Part shown: positions 29,145-37,749 of the stretch, one piece after another
Position numbering within the stretch: position 1 is the stretch's first letter
Layout: the number at the start of each line of letters is the position of its first letter
NCBI GenBank assembly: GCA_965223335.1
Contig: OZ244991.1
Location: 608,001 to 672,000 of the forward strand
Source of the DNA: Thermodesulfobacteriota bacterium
GTDB lineage: Bacteria; Desulfobacterota_D; UBA1144; Nemesobacterales; UBA2774
DNA: 64,000 bases
Reading direction: 5' to 3'
Program-made: the position numbers and the translations under genes
The notes under the pieces: generated by a model
Seen by the model: only the letters and a program-made list of their open reading frames with translations
What the model was told of the DNA's origin: nothing
Database searches by the model: none

Positions 29145-30269
29145 TTAATTATTCGGATAGTTCACCTTTGAATTGCTCAGATGGCGGGGATGGACAATCA
29201 CTTTCTCCGGGCCCTGCCACTGTACCACTGCCATCTCGTGTGCGATTTGATTCCCATTGTCGTCGGTCCTAAAATCCCCATAAAATGTAGTAATATCGAG
29301 CTTCCTAGAGATATTGCGGAGCAAACCATCATCCAAGCTCCCTGCTTCTGCAATGCATTTTTCAATGATGATTCCGATGTTGTAGCCCTGTGCCCCTAGG
29401 TATTGGGGACTCTCTTTGTTTTCGGACCTAAATCTGTCGGCAAACTCCTTTGGACCAGGCCCCATATCGGGATCGATCTTAATCCCCTCCTCCCATTGGC
29501 TCGTTGAAAACACCCCGTCTGCCCAAGACCCTAAACGCTCCTTAAAATGTTTTATGGATGCCGCTACAAACCAAAGCGCTTTTGCAGTTACTGCTCGATC
29601 CCTTAGAACCTCGGCTAGACCTAGGTCGTCTTCCATCCGTCCCATAGATAAAATCAGGTCCGGTCCATAGTCCTTTAGGTCCTCTACATAGCTATTGAAA
29701 TCAGCCTTGCCTGAGATGTAATTAAATTCCCTCAAATCAAAACCGTTTTGGGCGGCGCGTTCCCTGACACCGTGCAGTATATTCCTTGAGAATCCGCTGT
29801 CCCCCGCACTAAACGCAGCTATTTTGCTTGCGCTTGGGTCAAGCTCCCTTACCAGGTCGATAACACCTAATCCATAGTTACGAGTCGGTGTAATAGCACT
29901 TACGACACAAGACAGATCTCTCTCGCCTATCTCATCCGTAGCTCCTCCGTGGTTCCATAGAGTTTTATTGTACCGCTCTGCGACTTGAGCAGCGTTTAGA
30001 GTGATGGTGCTTGAATAGGGTCCTACCAGGATATCTACCTTATCGTCCATAATAAGACGCTTAATAAGTGTAACTATATTTTCAGACGAGCTCTGATCGT
30101 CATAGTGTATGAGTTCGAGTGTACATTTTCTACCCAAGGCCCCTACATAGATCCCGCCCCGTTCGTTTACCTCTTTAACCCAAAGCCCAAGCCCCTTAAA
30201 ACTCTCGGCACCCTGAATCGAGTACCTACCGCTAAGCGATATTGCTACACCGACCTTGATACTACTCAT
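29145..30269 (-). CDS. LivJ/K-type (periplasmic binding protein type 1) solute-binding protein lacking a signal peptide
   Basis: IKVGVAISLSG, YDDQS, VGPYSS, TFYG, VVQWQ. In-frame TAA TAG just upstream of the alternative TTG at 30290. Confidence 0.8.
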   Translation of the reverse strand: MSSIKVGVAISLSGRYSIQGAESFKGLGLWVKEVNERGGIYVGALGRKCTLELIHYDDQSSSENIVTLIKRLIMDDKVDILVGPYSSTITLNAAQVAERYNKTLWNHGGATDEIGERDLSCVVSAITPTRNYGLGVIDLVRELDPSASKIAAFSAGDSGFSRNILHGVRERAAQNGFDLREFNYISGKADFNSYVEDLKDYGPDLILSMGRMEDDLGLAEVLRDRAVTAKALWFVAASIKHFKERLGSWADGVFSTSQWEEGIKIDPDMGPGPKEFADRFRSENKESPQYLGAQGYNIGIIIEKCIAEAGSLDDGLLRNISRKLDITTFYGDFRTDDNGNQIAHEMAVVQWQGPEKVIVHPRHLSNSKVNYPNN

Positions 30270-30344
30270 ATGGCCGTAGCATACACTCAAGATCTATTAC
30301 ATAAAAGTGGGGTTCTACTCAGAGGCTATGTAACGTGCAGTAAT

Positions 30345-31538
30345 TTAGGCCAATTTAGCTAGGGCACTCTCTATGCGGTCCATTCCCTCTACTATGTCTT
30401 CCATGGATGTGGCGTATGAAATGCGAACGTGCTTATCCGAGCCGAACGCTACTCCGGGCACTACAGCTACTCTGGCCTCCTCTAGCAAAAACTCTGTGAA
30501 ATCAAGCGAATCCGAGAGCTCTTTACCCCCGTAACTCTTACCAAAGTATCCAGAGATATCGGGGAACACATAGAACGCACCGTGGGGATTAAAACACTCC
30601 ATCCCCTCCATCCCCCTCAAACGCCCTACTATATAATCCCTGCGCTTCTCAAACTCTTTTGTATGCTCCGTGATAACATCGTGGGGCCCCGAAAACGCCT
30701 CATAGGCAGCCCACTGTGATATAGATGCCGGGTTTGAGGTAGACTGACCCTGAAGCTTATTCACCGCGGCTACTACGTCTTTGTCACCCGCTATATAGCC
30801 GATGCGCCACCCCGTCATCGCATATGTTTTGGACACTCCGTTTACGAGCAGTGTCGACCTTTTAATCTCATCACCGAGTGATGCCACAGAGGTATGAATG
30901 AGTCCGTCGTATAATATCTTTTCATAAATTTCGTCGGATATTATTACAAGGTTATTCTCAACAGCTATGGTCGCTAACTCCAAAAGCTCGTCCCTTAGAT
31001 AGGTAGCACCCGTGGGGTTGGATGGGTAGTTCAAAATCAGAGCCTTTGTATTTGGAGTAATAGCAGCCCCGAGTGTATCGGGAGTGATCTTAAACCCGCT
31101 TTGCTCGTCTGTATCAAGAATGATAGGTGTGGCATCGGCGAGACGGACCTGCTCGGGGTATGAGACCCAGTACGGCGAGGGTATCAATACCTCGTCACCT
31201 TTATCGAATAGAACCTGGGCTATGTTGTATAGGCTGTGCTTTGCCCCGCAAGATACGGTAATTTCTGAATTCTCATATGTAAGGCCGTGGTCTTCTTGAA
31301 TCCTTTGTTTAATAGACTCTTTAAGCTCATCAATCCCGCTTACCACCGTATATTTCGTATGGCCTTTGTGGATTGCATCAATTGCAAAGTCTTTCACATG
31401 GTCTGGTGTATCGAAATCGGGTTCACCTGCACCGAACCCTATCACATCTATCCCCGCAGCTCGTAACTCCTTGGCCTTGGCAGTAATCGTAAGTGTAGCC
31501 GAGGGCTGCAACCTCTCTGCGCGCGCAGATAATTTCAT
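30345..31538 (-). CDS. aspC: PLP-dependent aminotransferase class I (aspartate aminotransferase-like)
   Basis: GAGEPDF, PSNPTG, SDEIY, SKTYAMTGWRIG. Confidence 0.9.
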   Translation of the reverse strand: MKLSARAERLQPSATLTITAKAKELRAAGIDVIGFGAGEPDFDTPDHVKDFAIDAIHKGHTKYTVVSGIDELKESIKQRIQEDHGLTYENSEITVSCGAKHSLYNIAQVLFDKGDEVLIPSPYWVSYPEQVRLADATPIILDTDEQSGFKITPDTLGAAITPNTKALILNYPSNPTGATYLRDELLELATIAVENNLVIISDEIYEKILYDGLIHTSVASLGDEIKRSTLLVNGVSKTYAMTGWRIGYIAGDKDVVAAVNKLQGQSTSNPASISQWAAYEAFSGPHDVITEHTKEFEKRRDYIVGRLRGMEGMECFNPHGAFYVFPDISGYFGKSYGGKELSDSLDFTEFLLEEARVAVVPGVAFGSDKHVRISYATSMEDIVEGMDRIESALAKLA

Positions 31539-31559
31539 CTAAGTAAGTACCTCCTACAA

Positions 31560-32042
31560 TTAAATAAGCTTCTCTTTGAGTTTAGCCTCAACGTTCTGGG
31601 GCACCATATGGGCCGCCGAGCCGCCGAGCCTTATAATCTCTTTAATGATAGACGACCTGATATGAGAATATGCGCTGTCTGTTACCATAAACACCGTCTC
31701 GAGTTCCGAGTTTAGCGTTTTATTGGCCAGTGCCATCTGCAATTCATACTCAAAATCAGAGACGGTCCTCATACCCCTAAGGACAATATTTGTACCTATT
31801 TTTTTGGCATACTCAACAAGCAGTCCCTCAAATGAGTCTACCCTTATTTCCTCTCGCCCCTGAAAAACCTCACTTATTAACTCTACCCTCTCCTCGAGGC
31901 TAAAGGTCGTTTTTTTAGAAGTGTTGTGGGCCACTGCAACAATTATGGTATCGAAAACCTGCACCGACCTCTCTATTATATTCAAGTGCCCTTTAGTAAA
32001 CGGGTCAAACGACCCAGGATATATTGCAATACGCTTTGTCAT
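31560..32042 (-). CDS. coaD: Phosphopantetheine adenylyltransferase
   Basis: YPGSFDPFTKGH, RGMR..SDFEYE. Confidence 0.96.
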   Translation of the reverse strand: MTKRIAIYPGSFDPFTKGHLNIIERSVQVFDTIIVAVAHNTSKKTTFSLEERVELISEVFQGREEIRVDSFEGLLVEYAKKIGTNIVLRGMRTVSDFEYELQMALANKTLNSELETVFMVTDSAYSHIRSSIIKEIIRLGGSAAHMVPQNVEAKLKEKLI

Positions 32043-32044
32043 CC

Positions 32045-32599
32045 TTAACCTCCGTCACCTCTCCTAAAATAGCTTACATCCGTACCGCCAAACCTTCTCG
32101 TATCTCTTGTGAATCCCTCTATCTCGCGATCGAGCCTGTAGTCATGCTCTATTACTATCACTCCATCTGCAGCCAGCACACCTGAAGCATCCGCAATGAA
32201 ATCACCGACCTCCATCTCCTTATAAAGCTTGTAGGGAGGGTCTATAAAAATGAGCTCGAATTTCTCATTATCAGCCCAAAGTCTTTTAACCGCATCTAAA
32301 TAATTTATACGTATGAGAGTCGCATGATCTATGAAACCGCATGCAGCAACATTCTCTTTTAAGATACTGAAAACCCCCGGGTCTTTCTCCACAAATGTTA
32401 CATGCCGAGCCCCCCTGCTGAGCGATTCGATACCAAGCCCACCTGAACCCGCAAACAGGTCAAGAACCAGTACCCCATTTATATCCCCCAGAGTGTCAAA
32501 AATAGACTTTTTCACGCGGCTCGTAGTGGGCCTGATCTGGCGTCCACGAGGCACCTTCAGTTTCCTTCCTTTCACACTGCCTGTAAGCACATGCAACAT
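32045..32599 (-). CDS. rsmD: 16S rRNA m2G966 methyltransferase
   Basis: RPTT, LDLFAGSG, SRGA, DPPY; conserved rsmD-coaD pair. Confidence 0.92.
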   Translation of the reverse strand: MLHVLTGSVKGRKLKVPRGRQIRPTTSRVKKSIFDTLGDINGVLVLDLFAGSGGLGIESLSRGARHVTFVEKDPGVFSILKENVAACGFIDHATLIRINYLDAVKRLWADNEKFELIFIDPPYKLYKEMEVGDFIADASGVLAADGVIVIEHDYRLDREIEGFTRDTRRFGGTDVSYFRRGDGG

Positions 32600-32783
32600 G
32601 GGGTTTCTTATACTACCATAGGTGCAATGATTGGCAAAAGCATTGTTTCTATTGGATACAAGACGAGTTTAACTGTACTAGTTAACACACCTATTGCTGT
32701 GTGAAATCACCCACTATACAAATTTTTATATTTAATTGATTATCAAGTCACTTCAATCATTGGAAACTTTTAAATGCTCAATT

Positions 32784-32799
32784 TGGTACATTGTTTGCA
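32784..32799 (+). promoter_or_regulatory. Putative sigma54 (-24/-12) promoter
   Basis: TGGTAC-ATTGT-TTGCA (GG-N10-GC), 50 bp before the ATG at 32849. Confidence 0.6.
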
Positions 32800-32848
32800 G
32801 TTCTATTAAGTCGTATTAAATTACAAAATAAACGAGTGAGGGGGAAAA

Positions 32849-33907
32849 ATGAGAAAGCTAAAGGCATTTATCATCCTGATTATCTTGGCATGCGTACCGA
32901 GTATCACTCATCTTAGCTGTGGAAGCAGTAGCGACGGCACAGGTGGGGGTGGACAGACCGGGACGTCCACAGTGATTAACGGCCGTGTCAATAATGTAGT
33001 GGCAATGAACGGTGTAGGCGACTCATCCTATATGCTAACCAAAGTAATAGAGCTCATCCGGTTGGTAGACGAAGCATATGCCCAGGGTGGTGTCGTCGTT
33101 ACGGCGATTGTTGATGGAGTAACTGTCGCCACCGACGTTACCGATCCGGACGGTGAGTTCTCACTAAGTTTTTTACTTGAAAACGCTAGTGAAGTAACTC
33201 TGATTTTCGATATCAATGGTGATATCGTATCTGTCACTATTATTGCCCAAGAGGGTTCAATAATTGAGATTATAGTCGATATTGACTTAAATGAACCTCC
33301 CGGGGAAGAAGTAGAAATAGTAGAGATTGAAGAAGCAGAGGGCCCGATCCGCTGTCAGACCGGGACAGTCGAGATTTTCAAAGAAGAAGGTCAGGACCTG
33401 ATCATTGACGGAGGTGGTGAGGACTGTATAAGAACCGAAGGGAACTGTGAGGTATTCATAGACCCTGCCAACATCATCCTCACAAACTGTGACAAATGCA
33501 TTGACTCTCGCGGAAACTCACAGGTGGTACTAGAAACCACAGACGGCGATATTATCTGCGAAGCTAATGAAGACGGGTTCCGAAGTCGCGGGACCTCAGA
33601 CATTGTTGTGGATGCAAGTGGTGTGATAGAAATCATAGCAGGTGAGCACGGTAATAAAGCCAACGGAAACTCTACGATTACCTTAGGTGCAGCCGCATGT
33701 ATTATAGACAGTGACGAAGATCCATTTGACGAGGATGGTAACGCCGTAATAGATACATCGGGATGTGGAGAAATTATAATCGGACCGGCTCCGTCCCCTG
33801 AGCCTTCTCCTGAACCCTCCCCAGAACCTTCTCCCGAGCCTTCGCCTGAACCATCTCCAGAACCTTCACCCGAGCCATCACCGGAACCCACAGAAGAACC
33901 TAGTTAA
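32849..33907 (+). CDS. Secreted (possibly lipo-) acidic protein with beta-solenoid-like repeats and a (PEPS)n tail; function unknown
   Basis: N-terminal basic + hydrophobic segment ending LSC-GSSS; about 24-aa Gly/Asn/Ile repeats; SD GAGGGG. Confidence 0.8.
   Translation: MRKLKAFIILIILACVPSITHLSCGSSSDGTGGGGQTGTSTVINGRVNNVVAMNGVGDSSYMLTKVIELIRLVDEAYAQGGVVVTAIVDGVTVATDVTDPDGEFSLSFLLENASEVTLIFDINGDIVSVTIIAQEGSIIEIIVDIDLNEPPGEEVEIVEIEEAEGPIRCQTGTVEIFKEEGQDLIIDGGGEDCIRTEGNCEVFIDPANIILTNCDKCIDSRGNSQVVLETTDGDIICEANEDGFRSRGTSDIVVDASGVIEIIAGEHGNKANGNSTITLGAAACIIDSDEDPFDEDGNAVIDTSGCGEIIIGPAPSPEPSPEPSPEPSPEPSPEPSPEPSPEPSPEPTEEPS
33785..33904 (+). repeat. 12-bp coding tandem repeat: PAPS-(PEPS)x7-PEPT-EEPS
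   Basis: ccN-gaR-ccN-tcN units, with synonymous variation between copies. Confidence 0.95.
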
Positions 33908-33909
33908 CT

Positions 33910-33947
33910 AAAAAGAGCTGTGGCGTGTCTTAGTTGACACGCCACAG
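33910..33947 (-). terminator. Intrinsic terminator between convergent genes (probably bidirectional)
   Basis: Perfect 12-bp stem CTGTGGCGTGTC / GACACGCCACAG with a 6-nt loop; U-tract on the minus strand. Confidence 0.85.
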
Positions 33948-33970
33948 TATTACACCCTCCAATAATTTTT

Positions 33971-34894
33971 TTAACCTAACTGGGTACCGATACTAAGTGG
34001 TCTTCCCCGTAAAAAATCCCCTGCTGCTAGCCTCTTTCCGCCTTCCAGCTGTAGTTCTAAGATATCTAATGTACCATCGCCTGTCGCTACCCTTATTATA
34101 GCATCGTCGCTCTCAATTATTTGTCCGGGTACACCCGAGCCCTCAGATACTTTGGATCTATATATTTTAAGTATCTTTGAATTCAGTCGAGTAAAAGCTC
34201 CGGGCCAAGGTAGCAGTCCTCTTATTTGATTAAATATATCCCTGGCAGGCTTTGACCAGTCAATCTCACCGTCCTGCTTTTTTAACATCGGGGCATATGT
34301 GGCCAATGAGTCGTCTTGTCTCTCTGGCGTCAACTTGCCTTCTTTTAAAAGCTCGATTGCATCCAGGATAAGCCCTCCGCCCAACGACGATAACTTGTCG
34401 TGCATGGTTTCACTCGTATCATCCTCAGTTATCGGAACACTCTGCACAAGAAGCATATCCCCCGTGTCCATGCCCTCGTCCATCTGCATTATTGTGACAC
34501 CCGTTTCAGCCTCGCCCCTCATTATTGCCCAGTTGATGGGTGCCGCCCCCCGGTAACGCGGAAGCAATGATGCATGGACATTTATGCACCCATGCTTTGG
34601 TAGGTCCAATATATTCTTGGACAGTATTTTCCCATATGCAGCTACACAAATGAGATCGGGGCCGAGTGATTTTAGTTCGTTATGGAACTCTTCGGTTTTA
34701 ATTTTTGCGGGCTGTAGTACCGGAACTTCATATTTTTGAGCCAGCTCTTTTGTGGGAGGAGCAGTTAGTTTACGCCCCCGGCCTTTGGGTTTGTCGGGCT
34801 GCGCAACTACTGCTATCACTTCATCTTCCGAATCAATAAGTGCTTGTAGTATCGGCACAGAGAACTGGGGAGTACCCATAAAAATCAGTTTCAT
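33971..34894 (-). CDS. fmt: Methionyl-tRNA formyltransferase
   Basis: FMGTP, QPDKPKGRG, INVHASLLPRYRGAAP, MDTGD. Confidence 0.97.
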   Translation of the reverse strand: MKLIFMGTPQFSVPILQALIDSEDEVIAVVAQPDKPKGRGRKLTAPPTKELAQKYEVPVLQPAKIKTEEFHNELKSLGPDLICVAAYGKILSKNILDLPKHGCINVHASLLPRYRGAAPINWAIMRGEAETGVTIMQMDEGMDTGDMLLVQSVPITEDDTSETMHDKLSSLGGGLILDAIELLKEGKLTPERQDDSLATYAPMLKKQDGEIDWSKPARDIFNQIRGLLPWPGAFTRLNSKILKIYRSKVSEGSGVPGQIIESDDAIIRVATGDGTLDILELQLEGGKRLAAGDFLRGRPLSIGTQLG

Positions 34895-35014
34895 ACCAAT
34901 CTGAGTATATTCAAATAATATTTCAATTCAATTATATGAAATTATTGGTTGAATATGGTTGCTATGGAATTGTTAATCTTAGTAGAATTTTGGTTGAGGG
35001 AAATAAATCTAATT

Positions 35015-36340
35015 TTAAGCTGTTTCTTCGTCTTTTTCTGTGACTGCTTGTGTGATTATATCTGTGAGCCACTTCTTAATACTATCCTGCGAGCCTTTAC
35101 CCAGTATCTTTCGCACTCTGCTAAGTGAGATTACAGCTTTAGCAGCCGATCTGTGCCCGCCTGCACTGCCTATATCCTTAAATAGATCCCGCACAAGCTT
35201 GCCAGCGCTCTTTACATAGCCCACATTCCTAACCGAGATAACCAGGTGACAGTTGGCTACTATGCCAAACGATACAGACCACTCCATGCCCTTAACCTGG
35301 TTGCCGAAGTCCGCCATTTTTGGGATCAGATATTCCCTGTCCACACGCCCCACGTTTACAAAAAATATCTTGTCGTTGATCCAGTGATCCGCAAGTGCCT
35401 GTCCCAGCGACTTCATCTCGTTTGGGGGGACCTCGGCGCGTTCTATCTTTCTCATAAGCCCCAGATTTGCATGGGGATAAAGGAAGGTGAACGCTTCTAT
35501 GTCGTCGGTGTTTGCATCCCTGTTCAAAGACATGGTATCTGTCTTTATTCCGTAAAGCAGTGCAGTGGCCAGCCGCTCCGATATATCTACCTGTGCGGCT
35601 CTTAGATACTTCGTCAGTATGGTACAGGTAGCACCCTCCTGAGTACGGATCTCTGTGAACTTGGCGTCGTAGGTATCCACTTGAGGATGGTGATCTATAA
35701 CCGTATCCACCGGGGGCAGGTGCTGTCCGAAAAACGGGGGCTGCACATCCAATAGAGCTATGGAATCAAAGTCTTTTAGCATCGAGAACGATACCTCTTC
35801 GAGGTCAATGTCCAGGAGCTCTATCATTGCCACATTTTCTGGGCGCGAGATCTTCTCACCCATATGCCCTATTATGGCAGTCTGCTTGTTTCGTTTGAGT
35901 AATGTACGTAGTGCGAGCGCGCTGGCAATGGAATCGGGGTCCGGGTGATCATGCAGCAAAACAAGCAACTTCTTGGCATTTGCATGCACCGCTCTCAACT
36001 CCTCCACTCTAAGCTCTGTCCTTGCTAACTTCTCTTCTCTCGCAATCTCTTCTGACAGAATTTTATGAAACGGTACATAGCGTACTTTTGGAGGGGGCTC
36101 ATCGTGTTCCTCCCCGTTGCTCACTATTATCGGTGTATTGGGGTAATGGATAGAGAGGTCGTTGGACATCTCTGTATTGAAATATCCGTGCTCTACCATA
36201 ATTACAGAAAAGTTCCCGGTCTGGTTAAGCGCCTCTTCGATTGAGCTAACCCAAATAACCTCGCCCCTTTTAGAAAAAAGGCCCAGGAGCAACGAATCGA
36301 AATCTCCAATAAATAAGTATCTTGTGACTGCCTTCTGCAT
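35015..36340 (-). CDS. DHH/DHHA1 phosphoesterase with an N-terminal receiver-like domain
   Basis: HDHPDPDS, LLD, IDHHP, GIKTDT, AGGH. Confidence 0.85.
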   Translation of the reverse strand: MQKAVTRYLFIGDFDSLLLGLFSKRGEVIWVSSIEEALNQTGNFSVIMVEHGYFNTEMSNDLSIHYPNTPIIVSNGEEHDEPPPKVRYVPFHKILSEEIAREEKLARTELRVEELRAVHANAKKLLVLLHDHPDPDSIASALALRTLLKRNKQTAIIGHMGEKISRPENVAMIELLDIDLEEVSFSMLKDFDSIALLDVQPPFFGQHLPPVDTVIDHHPQVDTYDAKFTEIRTQEGATCTILTKYLRAAQVDISERLATALLYGIKTDTMSLNRDANTDDIEAFTFLYPHANLGLMRKIERAEVPPNEMKSLGQALADHWINDKIFFVNVGRVDREYLIPKMADFGNQVKGMEWSVSFGIVANCHLVISVRNVGYVKSAGKLVRDLFKDIGSAGGHRSAAKAVISLSRVRKILGKGSQDSIKKWLTDIITQAVTEKDEETA

Positions 36341-36362
36341 ATTCGAGCTCTATTCAATTAAT

Positions 36363-37172
36363 TCAATTTGTAGCGCTTCTCTCACATGCACTGCTTAAAC
36401 CGGAAATCAATATCGATAAATTCTCTAGTAACTGCTCTTTATTATTTCCGTCTTTTTCGATTATCCTGACAATAGCGCTTCCCACTATAACAGCGTCGGC
36501 AATCTCCGCAATCTTTTTGGCCTGTTCGGGGCTAGACACCCCAAACCCTATGCCCACTGGAAGTTTAGTAGTGCTTTTAATCTCAGCAGCGAGTTCGTCT
36601 ATCGAGTAATCCATATCCGGGCGCTCCCCGGTCACACCCGTTACCGACACCAGGTACACAAACCCGCTAGCACGCTGCGAGACCAGTTCTATGCGTTCTT
36701 GAGTGCTTGTAGGGGCCAGTAAAAACACCAGGTCGAGCCCTGCTTTATTAAGCTCCTCGCTAAACTCTGCGGATTCTTCGGGTGGGAGGTCCACTACCAA
36801 TACCCCGTCTACACCGGCTTCTTTAGCATCACACGCAAACTCCTCTAAACCATAAGTGTAAAACGGATTATAGTAACCGAATATAATTATCGGGATATCA
36901 GATCGTGTACGTATTTTCTTCACACAGTCCAATACACCTTGTAATGTAGTGCCAGAAGAAAGGGCCCTTTCCGAAGCAAGCTGGATTGCCGGGCCATCGG
37001 CCATAGGATCTGAAAACGGCACTCCCAGTTCTATGATATCGGCCCCACTCTCTTCGAGCTTGAATACTAAATCGGGCGTGAGGTCAAGCGACGGATCCCC
37101 AGCGGTTATATAAGTAACCAAAGCCGCCCTATCCTTACCCGTAAGCTCTTTGAATTTGTTCTCTATCTGCAT
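36363..37172 (-). CDS. trpA: Tryptophan synthase alpha chain
   Basis: YITAGDP, ELGVPFSDPMADGP, YYNP, GVTG, GFG, VIVGS. Confidence 0.97.
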   Translation of the reverse strand: MQIENKFKELTGKDRAALVTYITAGDPSLDLTPDLVFKLEESGADIIELGVPFSDPMADGPAIQLASERALSSGTTLQGVLDCVKKIRTRSDIPIIIFGYYNPFYTYGLEEFACDAKEAGVDGVLVVDLPPEESAEFSEELNKAGLDLVFLLAPTSTQERIELVSQRASGFVYLVSVTGVTGERPDMDYSIDELAAEIKSTTKLPVGIGFGVSSPEQAKKIAEIADAVIVGSAIVRIIEKDGNNKEQLLENLSILISGLSSACERSATN

Positions 37173-37573
37173 ATCAATGCTACTTGGTTCTCTACTATTA
37201 ATTTAATTTGATTTATTATATTCCGTAATAAGAGGGAACAATGCACACATTATCGAATCTCTCAAAAGCCTACATTGTCATGATTTTGTTGACAGCACCC
37301 AACCCAAATAACCAAGCAACCAAAAACAAACTCTAACAGCTCAAAATTATAAGTCAAGATGCAGGAGCATAGCTCTATAATCAGTTCGATTTACAAAAAT
37401 TCACGCAACTTCATCGTCGTAAATCTGATTTGGTATGTATTGTGATATAAGTCTTTATCGATCTACCAATGCTTTAACCGAAACACTTTTGAGCTCAGAA
37501 TAAAGCTAAAAAGCATATTGGCAATCCTATCAAACTTATTTTCTTGTACCTCAATCATAGTGAATACCACTTT

Positions 37574-37590
37574 TGCAAGGCCTATGCCAA
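37574..37590 (-). promoter_or_regulatory. Putative sigma54 (-24/-12) promoter facing trpA
   Basis: Minus strand reads TTGGCAT-AGGCC-TTGCA, a near-perfect RpoN consensus. Confidence 0.7.
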
Positions 37591-37682
37591 CAGGCTACAA
37601 AGCAATCATGAACTCGTAACCTTCCTATATTACTGCATATTATTCATCCAACTGTATAACAACAAACATATATATGACGAGA

Positions 37683-37701
37683 ATTGTCGCCTTGCGACAA
37701 T
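37683..37701. promoter_or_regulatory. Perfect palindrome, candidate enhancer (UAS) for a sigma54 activator
   Basis: ATTGTCGC-CTT-GCGACAAT, about 95-110 bp upstream of the -24 element. Confidence 0.5.
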
Positions 37702-37749
37702 ATTTGGCATTGATTATGGGATATGTCAATAAGTGGTTTGGTCAGGCTA

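Noticed and set aside
33391..33891. Antisense ORF with GSGE repeats
   Set aside because: It is the reverse complement of the PEPS repeat.
34905..34960. Imperfect AT-rich inverted repeat upstream of fmt
   Set aside because: Expected by chance at this AT content.
37241..37336. 31-codon plus-strand ORF after GAGGG in the trpB-trpA gap
   Set aside because: Short, antisense to the operon, and no other support.
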